From Alphaproteobacteria bacterium (GTDB lineage Bacteria > Pseudomonadota > Alphaproteobacteria > SP197), in contig OZ219920.1 in assembly GCA_964291415.2 (NCBI GenBank), forward strand, positions 640,001-704,000: a stretch of 64,000 nt of DNA, given 5' to 3'. The translations under genes and the position numbers were made by a program. The notes beneath the pieces were generated by a model. That model saw only the letters and a program-made list of their open reading frames with translations. It searched no databases and was not told the DNA's origin. Within the stretch, counting starts at the first letter, position 1; each line of letters begins with the position of its first letter. Shown piece by piece: positions 49,779 to 60,448 of this stretch.

Positions 49779-50154
49779 CCCTTTTCCGGGCGACCCCGCA
49801 GCAAGCGGATGCGAAGAGCCTCAGCCGCCATCGCCTGCCCGGCAGATCCGAAGAGCGGCTTGCCGTAGCCGTCGCACACGATTCTCCGAAGGCCCCGGAG
49901 TCTGGACCAGAGAGACCCCCGGTTTCCTGCGGTTCAGCGCCCGCAATTCCGGGAAGGTGCGTGCCGGCGGCACGCTGAAGACGGCACCGGAGTGGCAACC
50001 TCCGGCCCGGCGCAACGCCCTGCCGGCTACCTCCGCCGGGGCGTCATGATCCGCCGTGGAACATCGTCGCACGACCAGACCGGCCATGCCCATCCCGGGC
50101 AGGCTCCGACCACCGCACGACACGTCAGGGTCGTGCGGCGCACGCTCCCGGGAC

Positions 50155-51744
50155 CTAGGCCGGGCCGATGCGACGCGGACGAATGCGCGCGTTCGGAATG
50201 AAGTTCATGTTCACGTGATCGCGCACCAGCCAGCCGATCTGCACGTGGTTGATCGGCACGTAGGCGGCGTCCTCCCACATGAGCTGCATCATGCGCTGGT
50301 ACTTCTGGTCGCGCTCTTCCGCGACGACCGACGTGAACGCCTCCTCGTTCAGCCGTGTGTACTCGTCGCTGCGCCAGCGTTCCCAGTTCCAGTCGCCGAC
50401 GCCGGCGGTGGTGAACCATTGCGTCGCGCGGTTCGGATCGGGCGACGACGTCCACTGCTGGAAGATCAGCTGCAGGTCCTTCCAGTCATCGCCCTTCACC
50501 TCCAGCCCCAGGTTCCAGAAGGTCCCGCCTTCGTACTTGCGCACTTCGACGTTGACGCCGATCTGTGCAAGTTGCGCCTGGATGATCTGGCAGGCCGCCA
50601 CCTGCGCGTCGGAGTTGAGCACCGTGATGTGGGTGTCGAAGCCGTTCGGAAACCCGGCTTCGGCCAGCAACTGCCTGGCTTTCTCGAGGTCCGGTTTCGG
50701 TCGCTCCACGTCCCAGTAGCCCTCCAGGCCGGGCGCGATGATACCGGTGCCTACCGTGGCGGCGCCGAAGTAGGCGCCATCGTTGATTTCCTCGGCATCG
50801 ATGGCGGCCTGGATCGCACGGCGAACGCGAACGTCGCCGAACGGCTCGTGATCGACGTTCATGCCCATCCACGTGAAACCGGTCGTCTGCGCGGTCACCA
50901 GCTTGGAATTCTCCGGCACGTTTTCCCTGAACTCGGGAATCGAGCTTTCGGCGATGTCGGTCGCCTGGAGGTCACCCGCCAGGTAGGCAAGCTCGGCCGA
51001 CTTGTGGCTTGCGACATGCGTGAAACGCAACTCGTCCCAATACACCTCGTCGACGCCTTCCACGCCAGCCGCGTTGGGGTACGGCGTATGCTCGTCGTTG
51101 CGAACGAGTACCACGGTACCCGTGGTGGGGGAGAATTCGCCGATCTTGTAGGGCCCGGACCAGGCCGGCGGTTCGAAGGTGAACTTGCCACCGATCTCTT
51201 CCATCGCCTCCTTGCAGACGATGGCGGCCATGTCGCGCGGCAACGTGTTGGTGAACAGGTTCGCCTGGGGCGCCTTCATGATGATCACGCCATCCTGCGG
51301 GCCGTCGACGCCGACCTCGATGAGCTGCGTCCATTCCATGCGGTTGGTCGCCGTCTCGGTGAACGCGATACGCTCGATGGAATACTTGAAATCCTCGACG
51401 GAAACGTTGCCGTATCCGCCGCTCCACGTGATGCCGGGGCGCAGGCGAAAACGCAGTCGGGTGGGCGTTTCGTATTCGATCATCTCGGCAGCAGACAGGT
51501 GCCAGCCCCACGTGTCGCCGCTGTTGTACTCGACCAGGCGCTCGAACAGGGCGTGCATCACAACGGTATCGGTTTCAGAAATCGTGATCAGCGGGTCGAA
51601 TGAATGATACTCGTTGCGAACCCGTATGTTCAGGACCTTGCCGTCCGCAGCCCATGAGACATTGGGACCAGCGAACGCCAGGACGCCGGCGGCGCCGGCG
51701 TGCTGCAACACTTGTCTGCGGTTCAGTCTGATTGGTGGTAGCAC
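50155..51744 (-). CDS. Peptide/nickel-family ABC substrate-binding protein, Tat-exported
   Basis: NRRQVL twin-arginine signal; LFERLV, FRLRPG, SGPYKI, PFGDVRVRRAI and KARQLLAEAG motifs. GGAGGAG RBS before GTG 51744 (ATG 51762 is an alternative). Confidence 0.9.
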   Translation of the reverse strand: MLPPIRLNRRQVLQHAGAAGVLAFAGPNVSWAADGKVLNIRVRNEYHSFDPLITISETDTVVMHALFERLVEYNSGDTWGWHLSAAEMIEYETPTRLRFRLRPGITWSGGYGNVSVEDFKYSIERIAFTETATNRMEWTQLIEVGVDGPQDGVIIMKAPQANLFTNTLPRDMAAIVCKEAMEEIGGKFTFEPPAWSGPYKIGEFSPTTGTVVLVRNDEHTPYPNAAGVEGVDEVYWDELRFTHVASHKSAELAYLAGDLQATDIAESSIPEFRENVPENSKLVTAQTTGFTWMGMNVDHEPFGDVRVRRAIQAAIDAEEINDGAYFGAATVGTGIIAPGLEGYWDVERPKPDLEKARQLLAEAGFPNGFDTHITVLNSDAQVAACQIIQAQLAQIGVNVEVRKYEGGTFWNLGLEVKGDDWKDLQLIFQQWTSSPDPNRATQWFTTAGVGDWNWERWRSDEYTRLNEEAFTSVVAEERDQKYQRMMQLMWEDAAYVPINHVQIGWLVRDHVNMNFIPNARIRPRRIGPA

Positions 51745-51919
51745 GGTTGTCTCCTCCGTCATTTCTTCGTTAAACGACACGCTGGATCTTCGATCCCGAC
51801 GAAACGGGAGCACGACAGACAAGCGCCGCGAAGATCAGCCAGCGATGAACTTCGGATCCTCCGTCCGATCATAGCATCGAAGGAACGGCGTGACCAACGG
51901 CGCGCCTTGTGCGCCCATG

Positions 51920-52903
51920 TCAGATGTCGGATTCGATCGGGAAATGACAGGTGAAGCTGTGACCCCGGGCCGTGCGCGTCGCGGGTGGCGCCACCTCGGA
52001 GCAGCGCGCCTGCGCCACCGGGCAACGCGGGTGGAATTCACAACCGCGCGGGCGCTCGATATTGCTTGACACCTCGCCCTTGAGCTGGAGCGGCGGGCGC
52101 ACGGCGTCGGGGTCGGGTTCCGGACTCGACGACAGGAGTGCCCGCGTGTAGGGATGGCGCGGCCGCTGGAACATTTCGCTCGCCGGGCCCTGCTCGACGA
52201 ACCGGCCCAGATACATGATCCCCATGCGATCGGCGAAATGCAGCACGACCTTCAGGTTGTGCGTGATGATCAGTATCGCGATGCCATGACGTGCCTGCAG
52301 TTCGAGCAGCAGGTTGAGCACTTCGCCCTGCACCGAGACATCCAGCCCGGCTGTGGGCTCATCGGCGATGAGCAGCCGCGGGGACAGCGCCAGCGCGCGC
52401 GCGACGCCGACCCGGCGAGCCTGTCCTCCGCTCAACTGGTGCGGATAGCGGCCGAGAAACTCCTCGCTCAGCCCGACCATCTGCAGCAGACGGCGCGCCT
52501 CGTCGTTGAGATCGACATCCTTGATGGCGTGGATCTTGAACGGCTCGGTGACCAGCCGCTTCACCGTCAGACGCGGGCTCAACGAGCCGGCCGGATCCTG
52601 AAACATCATGCTCAACTGGCGGCGGTACGGCTTGTAGGCGTTCTTCGAAAGTCCGCACAGTTCCTGGCCGTCGAAGCGGATCGAACCGGCGTGCGCGGTC
52701 TCGATGCCCACGATGGTCCTGGCGAGCGTGGACTTGCCCGAGCCCGATTCGCCGACCAGCGCGAAGGACTCGCCGGCGCTGATCGAGAACGACACGCCGC
52801 ATACTGCCTGCAGATAGGCTTCGCGCTGCTTCAGCCTGGCGCGCAAGGGCGACAGCACGCGGTAGCGTACCCTGAGGTCGTCCACTTCCAGGAGTCCGGG
52901 CAT
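51920..52903 (-). CDS. Oligopeptide-type ABC ATPase (DppF/OppF-like)
   Basis: GESGSGKST, PHQLSGGQ, ADEPT, HPYT and GCEFHPRC motifs. Confidence 0.92.
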   Translation of the reverse strand: MPGLLEVDDLRVRYRVLSPLRARLKQREAYLQAVCGVSFSISAGESFALVGESGSGKSTLARTIVGIETAHAGSIRFDGQELCGLSKNAYKPYRRQLSMMFQDPAGSLSPRLTVKRLVTEPFKIHAIKDVDLNDEARRLLQMVGLSEEFLGRYPHQLSGGQARRVGVARALALSPRLLIADEPTAGLDVSVQGEVLNLLLELQARHGIAILIITHNLKVVLHFADRMGIMYLGRFVEQGPASEMFQRPRHPYTRALLSSSPEPDPDAVRPPLQLKGEVSSNIERPRGCEFHPRCPVAQARCSEVAPPATRTARGHSFTCHFPIESDI

Positions 52904-52911
52904 GCAATCCC

Positions 52912-53886
52912 TCAGTACAGATGGCAGGCGACCGCGTGCCCGGGGGCGACGGTTCGCGTGTCCGGCGCTTCGGCCGCGCACTGTTGCAGGGCGCGATGGC
53001 AGCGCGCGCTGAAAATGCAGCCTGACGGAGGGTCCACGAGATCGGGAAGATCGCCAGGTATGGTCGGAAATGCGCGCTCGGTCGACCGCACGATTCGTGC
53101 AGGGTCACATTCCATCAGTTTCTCGGTGTAGGGATGGCGCACATCGTGGAAGAGATCCCGCACGCTTCCCTGCTCGACGACCTCGCCGGCGTACATCACG
53201 ACCACGTAGTCGCACAGGTCCGCGACCACCCCCAGATGATGGGACACGAACAGGATCGAGCACTGATAGCGGCGTTGCAGCTCCTTCAGCTCATGGATGA
53301 TCTGCACCTCGAGGGTTGCATCGAGCGCCGTGGTGGGCTCGTCGGCGATCAGCAGCTTGGGCTCTTCGATGATCGTCATCGCGATCGCGATACGCTGGCG
53401 CATGCCCCCTGAGAACTCGTGCGGGAAGGCATCCATGCGCGCGGCGGGATCGGGAATGCCCACCTGCGAGAGCGCCTGAATCGCGCGTTGTCTCTTGCTG
53501 TCGAGACCACCGCCGTCGCGGTGTTGCACGTCGATCAGCTGACGTCCGATTGAGACCACCGGATTCAGCGACGTCAACGGGTCCTGGAAGATCATCGAAA
53601 TGTCGGTGCCCCGCAGCGACTGCATGTCCGCCTCGGGCAGTTTCAGCAGATCACGCCCGCCGAATTGCACCTTGCCCTGCGTGATCGCCGCGTTTGGCGC
53701 GAGCAGTCGCATGACTGCGAGAATCAACGTGCTCTTGCCGCATCCCGATTCACCGACGACGCCAACTATTTTTCCTGTCGGCACGTCCAGGCTGACGTCA
53801 CGCAACGCCTTTATCACGCGTTTTCGGGCCTTGAACTCGACGCTCAGGTTGCGGACCTGCAGGATGTTCTCGGTCGGATCGGCCAT
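52912..53886 (-). CDS. Oligopeptide-type ABC ATPase (DppD/OppD-like)
   Basis: [29 protein letters not shown] and GCIFSARC motifs. Confidence 0.92.
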   Translation of the reverse strand: MADPTENILQVRNLSVEFKARKRVIKALRDVSLDVPTGKIVGVVGESGCGKSTLILAVMRLLAPNAAITQGKVQFGGRDLLKLPEADMQSLRGTDISMIFQDPLTSLNPVVSIGRQLIDVQHRDGGGLDSKRQRAIQALSQVGIPDPAARMDAFPHEFSGGMRQRIAIAMTIIEEPKLLIADEPTTALDATLEVQIIHELKELQRRYQCSILFVSHHLGVVADLCDYVVVMYAGEVVEQGSVRDLFHDVRHPYTEKLMECDPARIVRSTERAFPTIPGDLPDLVDPPSGCIFSARCHRALQQCAAEAPDTRTVAPGHAVACHLY

Positions 53887-54752
53887 CACTCTTCCTTTCT
53901 GAGCCGCGGATCGAGAATGTCGCGCAGGGCCTCGCCGAGAAACGTGAATCCCAGGGTCGTCAGAATGATGGGCAGACCGCCGAACAGCAGCGGCCACGGC
54001 GAATTGCGCACGTAAGTGAATCCGTCATTGAGAATGTTGCCCCAGCTTGGCGCCGGCGGGCGCACACCGAAGCCGAGGAAACTCAATCCCGCTTCGGTCG
54101 TGATCACGACCGGCACTTCCATGGCCGCCAGGATCATGATCGGGCCGAGCACGTTCGGCAGCAGATGCACCGCCATCAGGCGACCAAGGGACGCGCCCAT
54201 CGCGATTTCAGCGTGGATGAACTCGCTGCTCTTCAAGGCCAGCGTCTGCGTGCGTACGGCGCGTCCGAACAGCGGAATCGAAAGAACCACCACCACGAAG
54301 ATGATGGTCTCCAGGCTTGGCCCCACCAGCGTCACGACGGCCAACGCGAACATCACCACGGGAAACGAACGCAACGTGTCGAACAGCAGCAGCAGCGAAT
54401 AATCGAGCCAGCGTGGCCCCATGCCGGCCAGCATGCCCAGCACCAGACCGATACCCGCCGACAGCGACACGGCAACCACCGCCGCCGTCATCGCGATGCG
54501 GCTGCCCGCTACCACGCGGGAGAAGACGTCCCGGCCCAGGAAATCGGTGCCGAACGGGTGCGCGAAAGACGGCGGCAGGAACTTGTCGCGGATCGACAGT
54601 GCCAGCGGATCCTCGGGCGCCAGGAAATCGCCGAACAACGCGGTAAACAGAATCGTAACGACGAGAATCAGTCCGGCGATACCCAGCACCTGGCGACTCA
54701 GCAGCTGGAGCCCACCGCCTACGCCTTGCCACCATGTATCGGAGCCGTTCAC
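53886..54752 (-). CDS. Peptide-type ABC permease (DppC-like)
   Basis: [32 protein letters not shown] and [10 protein letters not shown] motifs. Confidence 0.92.
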   Translation of the reverse strand: MNGSDTWWQGVGGGLQLLSRQVLGIAGLILVVTILFTALFGDFLAPEDPLALSIRDKFLPPSFAHPFGTDFLGRDVFSRVVAGSRIAMTAAVVAVSLSAGIGLVLGMLAGMGPRWLDYSLLLLFDTLRSFPVVMFALAVVTLVGPSLETIIFVVVVLSIPLFGRAVRTQTLALKSSEFIHAEIAMGASLGRLMAVHLLPNVLGPIMILAAMEVPVVITTEAGLSFLGFGVRPPAPSWGNILNDGFTYVRNSPWPLLFGGLPIILTTLGFTFLGEALRDILDPRLRKEE

Positions 54753-54761
54753 GTCCGTGCC

Positions 54762-55706
54762 TCACAAGCGCGAGCGAATGCGTGGATCGAGCAGGGCATT
54801 GAGTATGTCGGACAGCGTTGTTGCGATGACGAACAAAGTCGTCGTGACCAGCACCGTGCCCATGATCAGCGGAAAGTTCCGCTGCTGCACGGCAACGAAA
54901 ATGAGTTTGCCCAGACCCGGTCGTGCAAAGATGATTTCTGCGAACACCACTCCGGACAGCATCGCGCCGATACCGATGCCGATGATGGTGACCGCCGGAA
55001 GGATCGCGATGCGCAACACGTACCGGTACAGGATCACGTTGTGCGGCAGGCCATGCGCACGGGCGTGCCGCACGTGGTTCTCTGCCAGCACCTCGAGCAT
55101 CGATGCACGCACCAGTCGTGCCAGATAGCCGACCCAGCCGAGACCAACGGCGAACGCGGGCAACACGAGGTGATGCAACTGACCGAACCAGCCCTTTTCC
55201 TGGCCGCCACCGATCACGGGGAACCAGCCGAGTGTGACCGCAAACAACAGCAACGCGTACAATCCGACCACGAAAGGCGGCATCGCGATAAAGGCGACCG
55301 AAGAAACGCCCGCTGCCTTGTCCATCCAGCTGTCCGGGTGCGTCGCCGAGTAGACTCCGAGCGGCACGCCAAGCAGCAGGGCCCACGACATGCCCGCCGC
55401 CACCAGAATCAGCGTGTAGGGCAGGACGCCGATGATCGTCTCGGCAACCGGTCGTTCGGCGAACACGTCGACGCCCAGATCCCCGGACAGCACCCGCCCG
55501 AAGAACGACACGATTTGCATCGGCAACGGCTTGTCCAGGCCCATGCGTTGTTCCATCGCCGCGATCAGCTCTGGTGTCGCTCGCGGACCGAGCATGACGG
55601 TCGCCGGATCGCCCGGCACCGCGTGGATCATCAGATACATGAGAGTGACGGCCAGCATGATGATCACGATCCCCAGGGCGGTTCGTTTCACCATGTACAG
55701 AATCAT
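54762..55706 (-). CDS. Peptide-type ABC permease (DppB-like)
   Basis: PGDPA, GLDKPL, LVLPA, RASMLEVL, PGLG and LLDPRI motifs. Confidence 0.92.
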   Translation of the reverse strand: MILYMVKRTALGIVIIMLAVTLMYLMIHAVPGDPATVMLGPRATPELIAAMEQRMGLDKPLPMQIVSFFGRVLSGDLGVDVFAERPVAETIIGVLPYTLILVAAGMSWALLLGVPLGVYSATHPDSWMDKAAGVSSVAFIAMPPFVVGLYALLLFAVTLGWFPVIGGGQEKGWFGQLHHLVLPAFAVGLGWVGYLARLVRASMLEVLAENHVRHARAHGLPHNVILYRYVLRIAILPAVTIIGIGIGAMLSGVVFAEIIFARPGLGKLIFVAVQQRNFPLIMGTVLVTTTLFVIATTLSDILNALLDPRIRSRL

Positions 55707-56368
55707 GCGTGCCTGCCGTCCGCGGTGATCCCGGTTTCGGTTTGCAGGCCGTCGCGCGGCGCCCGGACTCGCTCGGGGCCGGTGCCGCAACGCCGGTCAA
55801 CGCCCGGCGTGGGCCGGCTCGCGACCCGGGATCGGGCGTTCTTCAGAATTGGCGTTGGTGAGGCGGCTTCGCTGAAGAACCGGTGCAGGTTGGCGAACAT
55901 TCCGACCCCCGCACCGGCAAGACTCTGCCCGTCCCGGCACTCGGCGGGAACGATTGCCGGCCGAAAGTCGTTGTCGAACATGTTGCTGCCCTGTGGCGTC
56001 TGCTCCATCCCTGGAGGCGCCATGCTCGACATTGAGACAGCAAACCAGGCCTCCTCGGTCGCAGCCCGATCGCGAGCCCGTCGTGCGAGCGCAACGGCCC
56101 GACGGTTGATGGCCGGTCCCTGAGCGCCCGACCCGACGGCCTCGAGCGCATGGTGCACAGGCGCACAGGCAATCGCGGTGATCACGCCAGCCCCGGCGGC
56201 ACTTTACTCGTCGTGTGCCTGGCGAAGGATCGTGCGGATGCGAGTCGTGGCGCTGGCACTCGACGCCGTTGCGTCCTTGGCGACGCCGTGCGATTCGATC
56301 TGTGCGCCGACCCGACCGTCGAGAACGAGAAACGCACCCCATTCGATACGCGCGAGAATGCTAGGCAT
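55703..56368 (-). pseudogene. Homocysteine S-methyltransferase family pseudogene (N-terminal part)
   Basis: MPSILARIEWGAFLVLDGRVGAQIESHG...LRQAHDE*SAAGAGVIT...INRRAVALARRAR...FAVSMSSM fits the LDG..G.EL / H..Y..AGADVI / N..AV.LAR pattern; TAA at 56204-56206; C-terminal half lost. Confidence 0.75.
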
Positions 56369-57039
56369 GGCATGGCGGAATGGTTGTTCACAGTATCGGC
56401 GAGTGATCTACATTAGTACGCTGACTCGCAAACACGCAACCGGATGCCAATCGCCGCACGTGTGACGAACGCGAGGAATGTCACCTCCGTTCCCGGCGTC
56501 GGGTGGCAACTTGGCGGCAGTGCTCCGTCCGATCGAAGAGGCGCCCGATCAGGTTTCGATCACGGATCCGGTGCCGGATCTCGTCTTCGCCAGTCGGCCG
56601 GCGGACTGAAGGGGACGCGCCCGGACGCCGCGCAGCCGGTCGTTGCCGGCACTCATCACGTCCTCGCCGTGTCTCGACGCGATTGCGCAAGAGCGGTCTG
56701 GCACGTCGGCGCGGAGCCCGCCTTCGGACCAGCCCTTCGGTCGTCGAGTTGGCGAGAGCGCCTGCGAAGGGATGGTGCGGCTTGTCCTGATCGGCGCCGG
56801 CGTTGGTGCGGACGCGGCGCGAGGGTGCGACACCGGAACGGTCGGCAGCCAAGGTTTCGAGCGGATTGCGCTCGACGCAGGCTGTGTCCGCTCACCAATC
56901 GAGTTTCCAAGCATGCATCGCAGCCCGATAGGGGCGCCTGCGTCTGACCCGCCTCGAGGTGAGCGACTGGTGCCGCAAAGGCAGCACGGCTCGTCGAATC
57001 GGGTCCGCGCCGCGCTTCCTTCCGGCACGTGTTCGCGCT

Positions 57040-57190
57040 GTTCAGCCACGCGTAGGACACCTGCGCATTGCAACCCTTCGGCAATCCCGGCCCCCGCTTC
57101 CCGGGCTGCCAGTGTTCGTGCGCTGTCGATTGTCGCGGCGACAGGCATGTCGAGATCACGTTGCAGGCTGTCAGCGAATTCGCGATTGTA
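57040..57190 (-). pseudogene. Possible LysR substrate-binding-domain remnant
   Basis: MPVAATIDSARTLAAREAGAGIA resembles the LysR 'E.DS......V..G.GI' segment; short and degenerate. Confidence 0.25.
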
Positions 57191-57227
57191 TGACGCATGT
57201 GCCAGCCCGCAGATCGGAAGCACAGGC

Positions 57228-58295
57228 ATGATCCACCTTGACAGCACCGGCACGGCTTACGAGATCGGCAGGCAGCACGGTCGGGACTGCGCAACCGCCG
57301 TGCACGCCGCCTACCGGGCCTGGGGACCGGCAGACGCCTTCGACCAGCGCGAGCGCAGCGACGGTTTCCAAAGGGTTGCGACATCGCTCGACCAGACCTT
57401 TCCGGCGTTGCTTGACGAGATGCAGGGTATCGCCGACGGCGCCGGGCTCACGATCGAGGAGATCGTCGCGCTCAACTGCCTCGACGAGTACCGTTCGCGC
57501 AGGACGCCGCCGCGGCAGTGTTCAAGCATCGCATTCCAGGCTTCCGATTGCGGCGTGTTGCTCGGAAAGACAGCCGACTGGACAATCTCGGATGTTGCGG
57601 CATTTTCGCTGTCGCAGCGCTACCGACCTGTGCCGGGTGAAGGCAACGCGTTCTTTCACTACGGCTGCGCGGGGACGCTCTGGTGTGAAGGAGGGCTCAA
57701 CGAAGCCGGGCTTGGCATGGTTCTGAACGGGTTGGCCGGTCGCGGCGCCGGCGGCGCCAGCGTGCCGACGATGGCGCTCACACGAGGTGTGCTGCAGCAC
57801 TGCCGTGATGTCCAGGATGCGCTGAGCTGGCTGCGGCAGCACGACGTGATGAACTGGGGATTCAACCTCACTCTCGCCGACTCGTCCGGCGACCTGGCGT
57901 TCGTGGAAGTCGTGCCCGGCAGCCAGTGCTCCGGGCGGGCCCGCGACGACTATCTCATTCACACGAATCACTGCCTGCTGGATTCGGCGTCCGGCAGGCA
58001 CGACGCCGACATCGGCATGGTGCCCGGCTATCCCGGGCTGATGGAGAACAGCCGCCTGCGCCTCGACAACCTGATCGACAAGGTTCCGAGCACGCCGCGA
58101 TCGCTACGGAGCATGCAGCTGTTGCTGCAGGATCGCTCGCCCTCCGGCGCCATCAGCCAGAACGGCGAGCACGGCATGCACACCGTGTACGCCATGATCG
58201 TGGCGCCGGAGCGCGGCGAAATCTGGGGCGCGGAGGGCTTTCCGCCTGACGTACCCTTTGTCTCACACACGGTACAGCGGGGTCATGATCGATGA
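57228..58295 (+). CDS. Peptidase C45 / acyl-CoA:6-APA acyltransferase-like Ntn hydrolase
   Basis: GTAYEIGRQHG, EMQGIADGAG, Q-CSS nucleophile, GKTADW, GLNEAGL and HTNH motifs. Confidence 0.88.
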   Translation: MIHLDSTGTAYEIGRQHGRDCATAVHAAYRAWGPADAFDQRERSDGFQRVATSLDQTFPALLDEMQGIADGAGLTIEEIVALNCLDEYRSRRTPPRQCSSIAFQASDCGVLLGKTADWTISDVAAFSLSQRYRPVPGEGNAFFHYGCAGTLWCEGGLNEAGLGMVLNGLAGRGAGGASVPTMALTRGVLQHCRDVQDALSWLRQHDVMNWGFNLTLADSSGDLAFVEVVPGSQCSGRARDDYLIHTNHCLLDSASGRHDADIGMVPGYPGLMENSRLRLDNLIDKVPSTPRSLRSMQLLLQDRSPSGAISQNGEHGMHTVYAMIVAPERGEIWGAEGFPPDVPFVSHTVQRGHDR

Positions 58296-59074
58296 AGGTT
58301 CTCATTACCGGAGGCCTCGGCTGGCTGGGGAAAGCCTTGTCGGAGCAGGTCAGCACCCGGCACCGGGTTTGTGCGTTCGACCTGGAGAGTCCGGATGTCG
58401 AGCGCGAGCGCAACGAATTCGAGGGCGACGTGCTTTATGGCTCGGTGACGGAGTATTCGGACGTGCTCGCGGCCGTCGAGGGACAGGACGCTGTCATCCA
58501 TGCGGCGGTGGCGAGCACGGTCACCCGTGGCCAGTATCACGACGTCACCGATACCGCACCGTTCGACGTCAACCTGCGAGGCACCTGCAACGTGCTGGAA
58601 GCCATGCGGCGGCAGGGCGTGACGCGCTTCATTCAGATCGCGTCGGCGGAAACGCACGTGGAGCACCCGGCCGGAACATATCTCGATGACCGTGCCACCT
58701 ACTTCGGTCGACCCAGCTACTATGACTTGACCAAGTGCCTGCAGGAGCAGATCTGCCAGTGGTTTGCCCACCACCATGAACTCGACATCACATTGTTGCG
58801 TCTGGGCGATATCGTCGATACGGCCCAGGGCCGCAGCAAACACGGCGAGCACTCCTGGAATGCGTCCATGGCGACCGACAGCTGGATCGACCGCTATGAT
58901 GTGGGCAAGGCGTGTCTGCAATTGCTGGAACAATCGAAGACCGGCGTCGGGATCTATCATCTGGTGGGGGCGCCGGCGGCTCGCGAGCGATTCGACATCG
59001 ATCGAACGATCGCTGCATTGCAGCTGTCGCTCACCACAGAGATCGACAAGCGCCCCGCCAGTCAACGCGGGTGA
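58292..59074 (+). CDS. NAD-dependent epimerase/dehydratase (extended SDR, uronate-dehydrogenase-like)
   Basis: VLITGGLGWLG, DAVIHAA, VNLRGTCNVLEA and YDLTK (YxxxK) motifs; ATGA overlap. Confidence 0.88.
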   Translation: MKVLITGGLGWLGKALSEQVSTRHRVCAFDLESPDVERERNEFEGDVLYGSVTEYSDVLAAVEGQDAVIHAAVASTVTRGQYHDVTDTAPFDVNLRGTCNVLEAMRRQGVTRFIQIASAETHVEHPAGTYLDDRATYFGRPSYYDLTKCLQEQICQWFAHHHELDITLLRLGDIVDTAQGRSKHGEHSWNASMATDSWIDRYDVGKACLQLLEQSKTGVGIYHLVGAPAARERFDIDRTIAALQLSLTTEIDKRPASQRG

Positions 59075-59092
59075 CATCCGGAGGAGGTCGTC

Positions 59093-60448
59093 GTGACTCA
59101 ACTCTATGCCGGCGTTGGACGGGAATTGATCACGCCGAGCGGGGCCGGCTACCTCGCCGGTGACGTGCTCGACAGCGACGCCGAAGTACGGCGAGTACAC
59201 AAGGACCTCTATGCACAGAGCCTGTTTCTGACGGACGGGACAACCCGGCTTGTCCTGATCACCGTCGACGTCTGCAAGGTCAGCGCTGCGATGGTCAGGG
59301 CGGTCGTGAAAAGGCTCGGCGAGGAGCTCGACCTGCCCGGCGCCGCGATCATGATCGCAGCGTCTCACACCCACTCGGCACCGCACACGATCGAGAACGA
59401 CGCCGTGCCGGGCGCTTTCGACAAGGGGTTCGCGGAGCAGGCTGCGGCCGGAATGATCGCTTCGGCTCTCCAGGCAGCCGGGAAGCTCGAGCCGGTCAGT
59501 TTGCGGTACGAGAAGGGGCATTCGGAGCTCGGTGTCAACAAGCGCCTGGGCACACCCTGGGGTGTGCTCATGCGTGCCAACCCGGCCGGCGCTTTCGATC
59601 CCGAGGTGGGCGTGCTGATCGCGCAAGGAGCCGCCGGGAATCCGGTCGCGGTGCTGTGCTGCTACGCGAGCCATCCGATCGGCCACCTGCGCAGCGAGGT
59701 CAGCAGCGACCTCACCGGCTTTTTGCGCGATGAGCTGGAGGCGGCGTTCCCGAATTCCATGGGCTTCCATGCGCTGGGTTGTGCCGGAGACGTTTCGCCG
59801 CGCATGCGCTGGGACGGCACCGACTACGAAATCGGCAACCCGCACACCGGCGCCGGACGCCGCCTGTTGCCGGAGGCGACGTTCAAGAACATGATGGAGA
59901 CCGCCGGCAAGGAACTCGCAAGCAAAGCCATCGAGTTGGTGAATGAAGGCAGCGAGGAACCCTTCGTTGGCCGGCTGTCCACCTGTGTTGCGACCGTGGA
60001 ACTCGCCTTGGGCCCGCCGCTCTCGCTGGAGCAAGTCGAAGCCGTCGCGTCGCTGCCGTTCAATCACCTCCACGCCAGGTGGGCCGCGCACATGCGAGCG
60101 AAGCTCCTGACCGGTGAGCAGATTCCGCGGAGCGTTCCCTATCCGATGCAAGTGTGGCGAATCGCCGATCGCCTGTGTGTCGTCGCGCTCGGCGGCGAAG
60201 TCTTCGCCAGTATCGGATTGCGCATCAAGGCTGCGCTGTCACCGCTTCCCTGCCTTATGATCGGGCATGCCAACGAATACCGGGGGTACGTGCCTACGGG
60301 CGCCGCAATCCTCGAAGGCGGCTACGAGGCGGAATCCTTCTACAACACGATGCTGCCGGCGCCTTACGCAACCGGGATCGATGACGTTCTTGTCTCGGCC
60401 GCAGTGAACCTGGCGAGAGGAACCGGCGATGGACCCGACGCCGCGTGA
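59093..60448 (+). CDS. Neutral/alkaline ceramidase N-terminal-domain-like amidohydrolase
   Basis: ELITP, VHKDLYA, ASHTHSAP, YASHP, GCAGDVSP, GGEVF and GYVPT...GGYE motifs; GGAGG RBS. Confidence 0.82.
   Translation: MTQLYAGVGRELITPSGAGYLAGDVLDSDAEVRRVHKDLYAQSLFLTDGTTRLVLITVDVCKVSAAMVRAVVKRLGEELDLPGAAIMIAASHTHSAPHTIENDAVPGAFDKGFAEQAAAGMIASALQAAGKLEPVSLRYEKGHSELGVNKRLGTPWGVLMRANPAGAFDPEVGVLIAQGAAGNPVAVLCCYASHPIGHLRSEVSSDLTGFLRDELEAAFPNSMGFHALGCAGDVSPRMRWDGTDYEIGNPHTGAGRRLLPEATFKNMMETAGKELASKAIELVNEGSEEPFVGRLSTCVATVELALGPPLSLEQVEAVASLPFNHLHARWAAHMRAKLLTGEQIPRSVPYPMQVWRIADRLCVVALGGEVFASIGLRIKAALSPLPCLMIGHANEYRGYVPTGAAILEGGYEAESFYNTMLPAPYATGIDDVLVSAAVNLARGTGDGPDAA

Noticed and set aside
49790-50150. 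Possible riboswitch or ORF between ssrA and the binding-protein gene
   Set aside because: No recognisable RNA motif or protein similarity.
56100-56300. PdxA-like reading of AIACAPVHHAL
   Set aside because: The full frame fits the homocysteine S-methyltransferase N-terminus much better.
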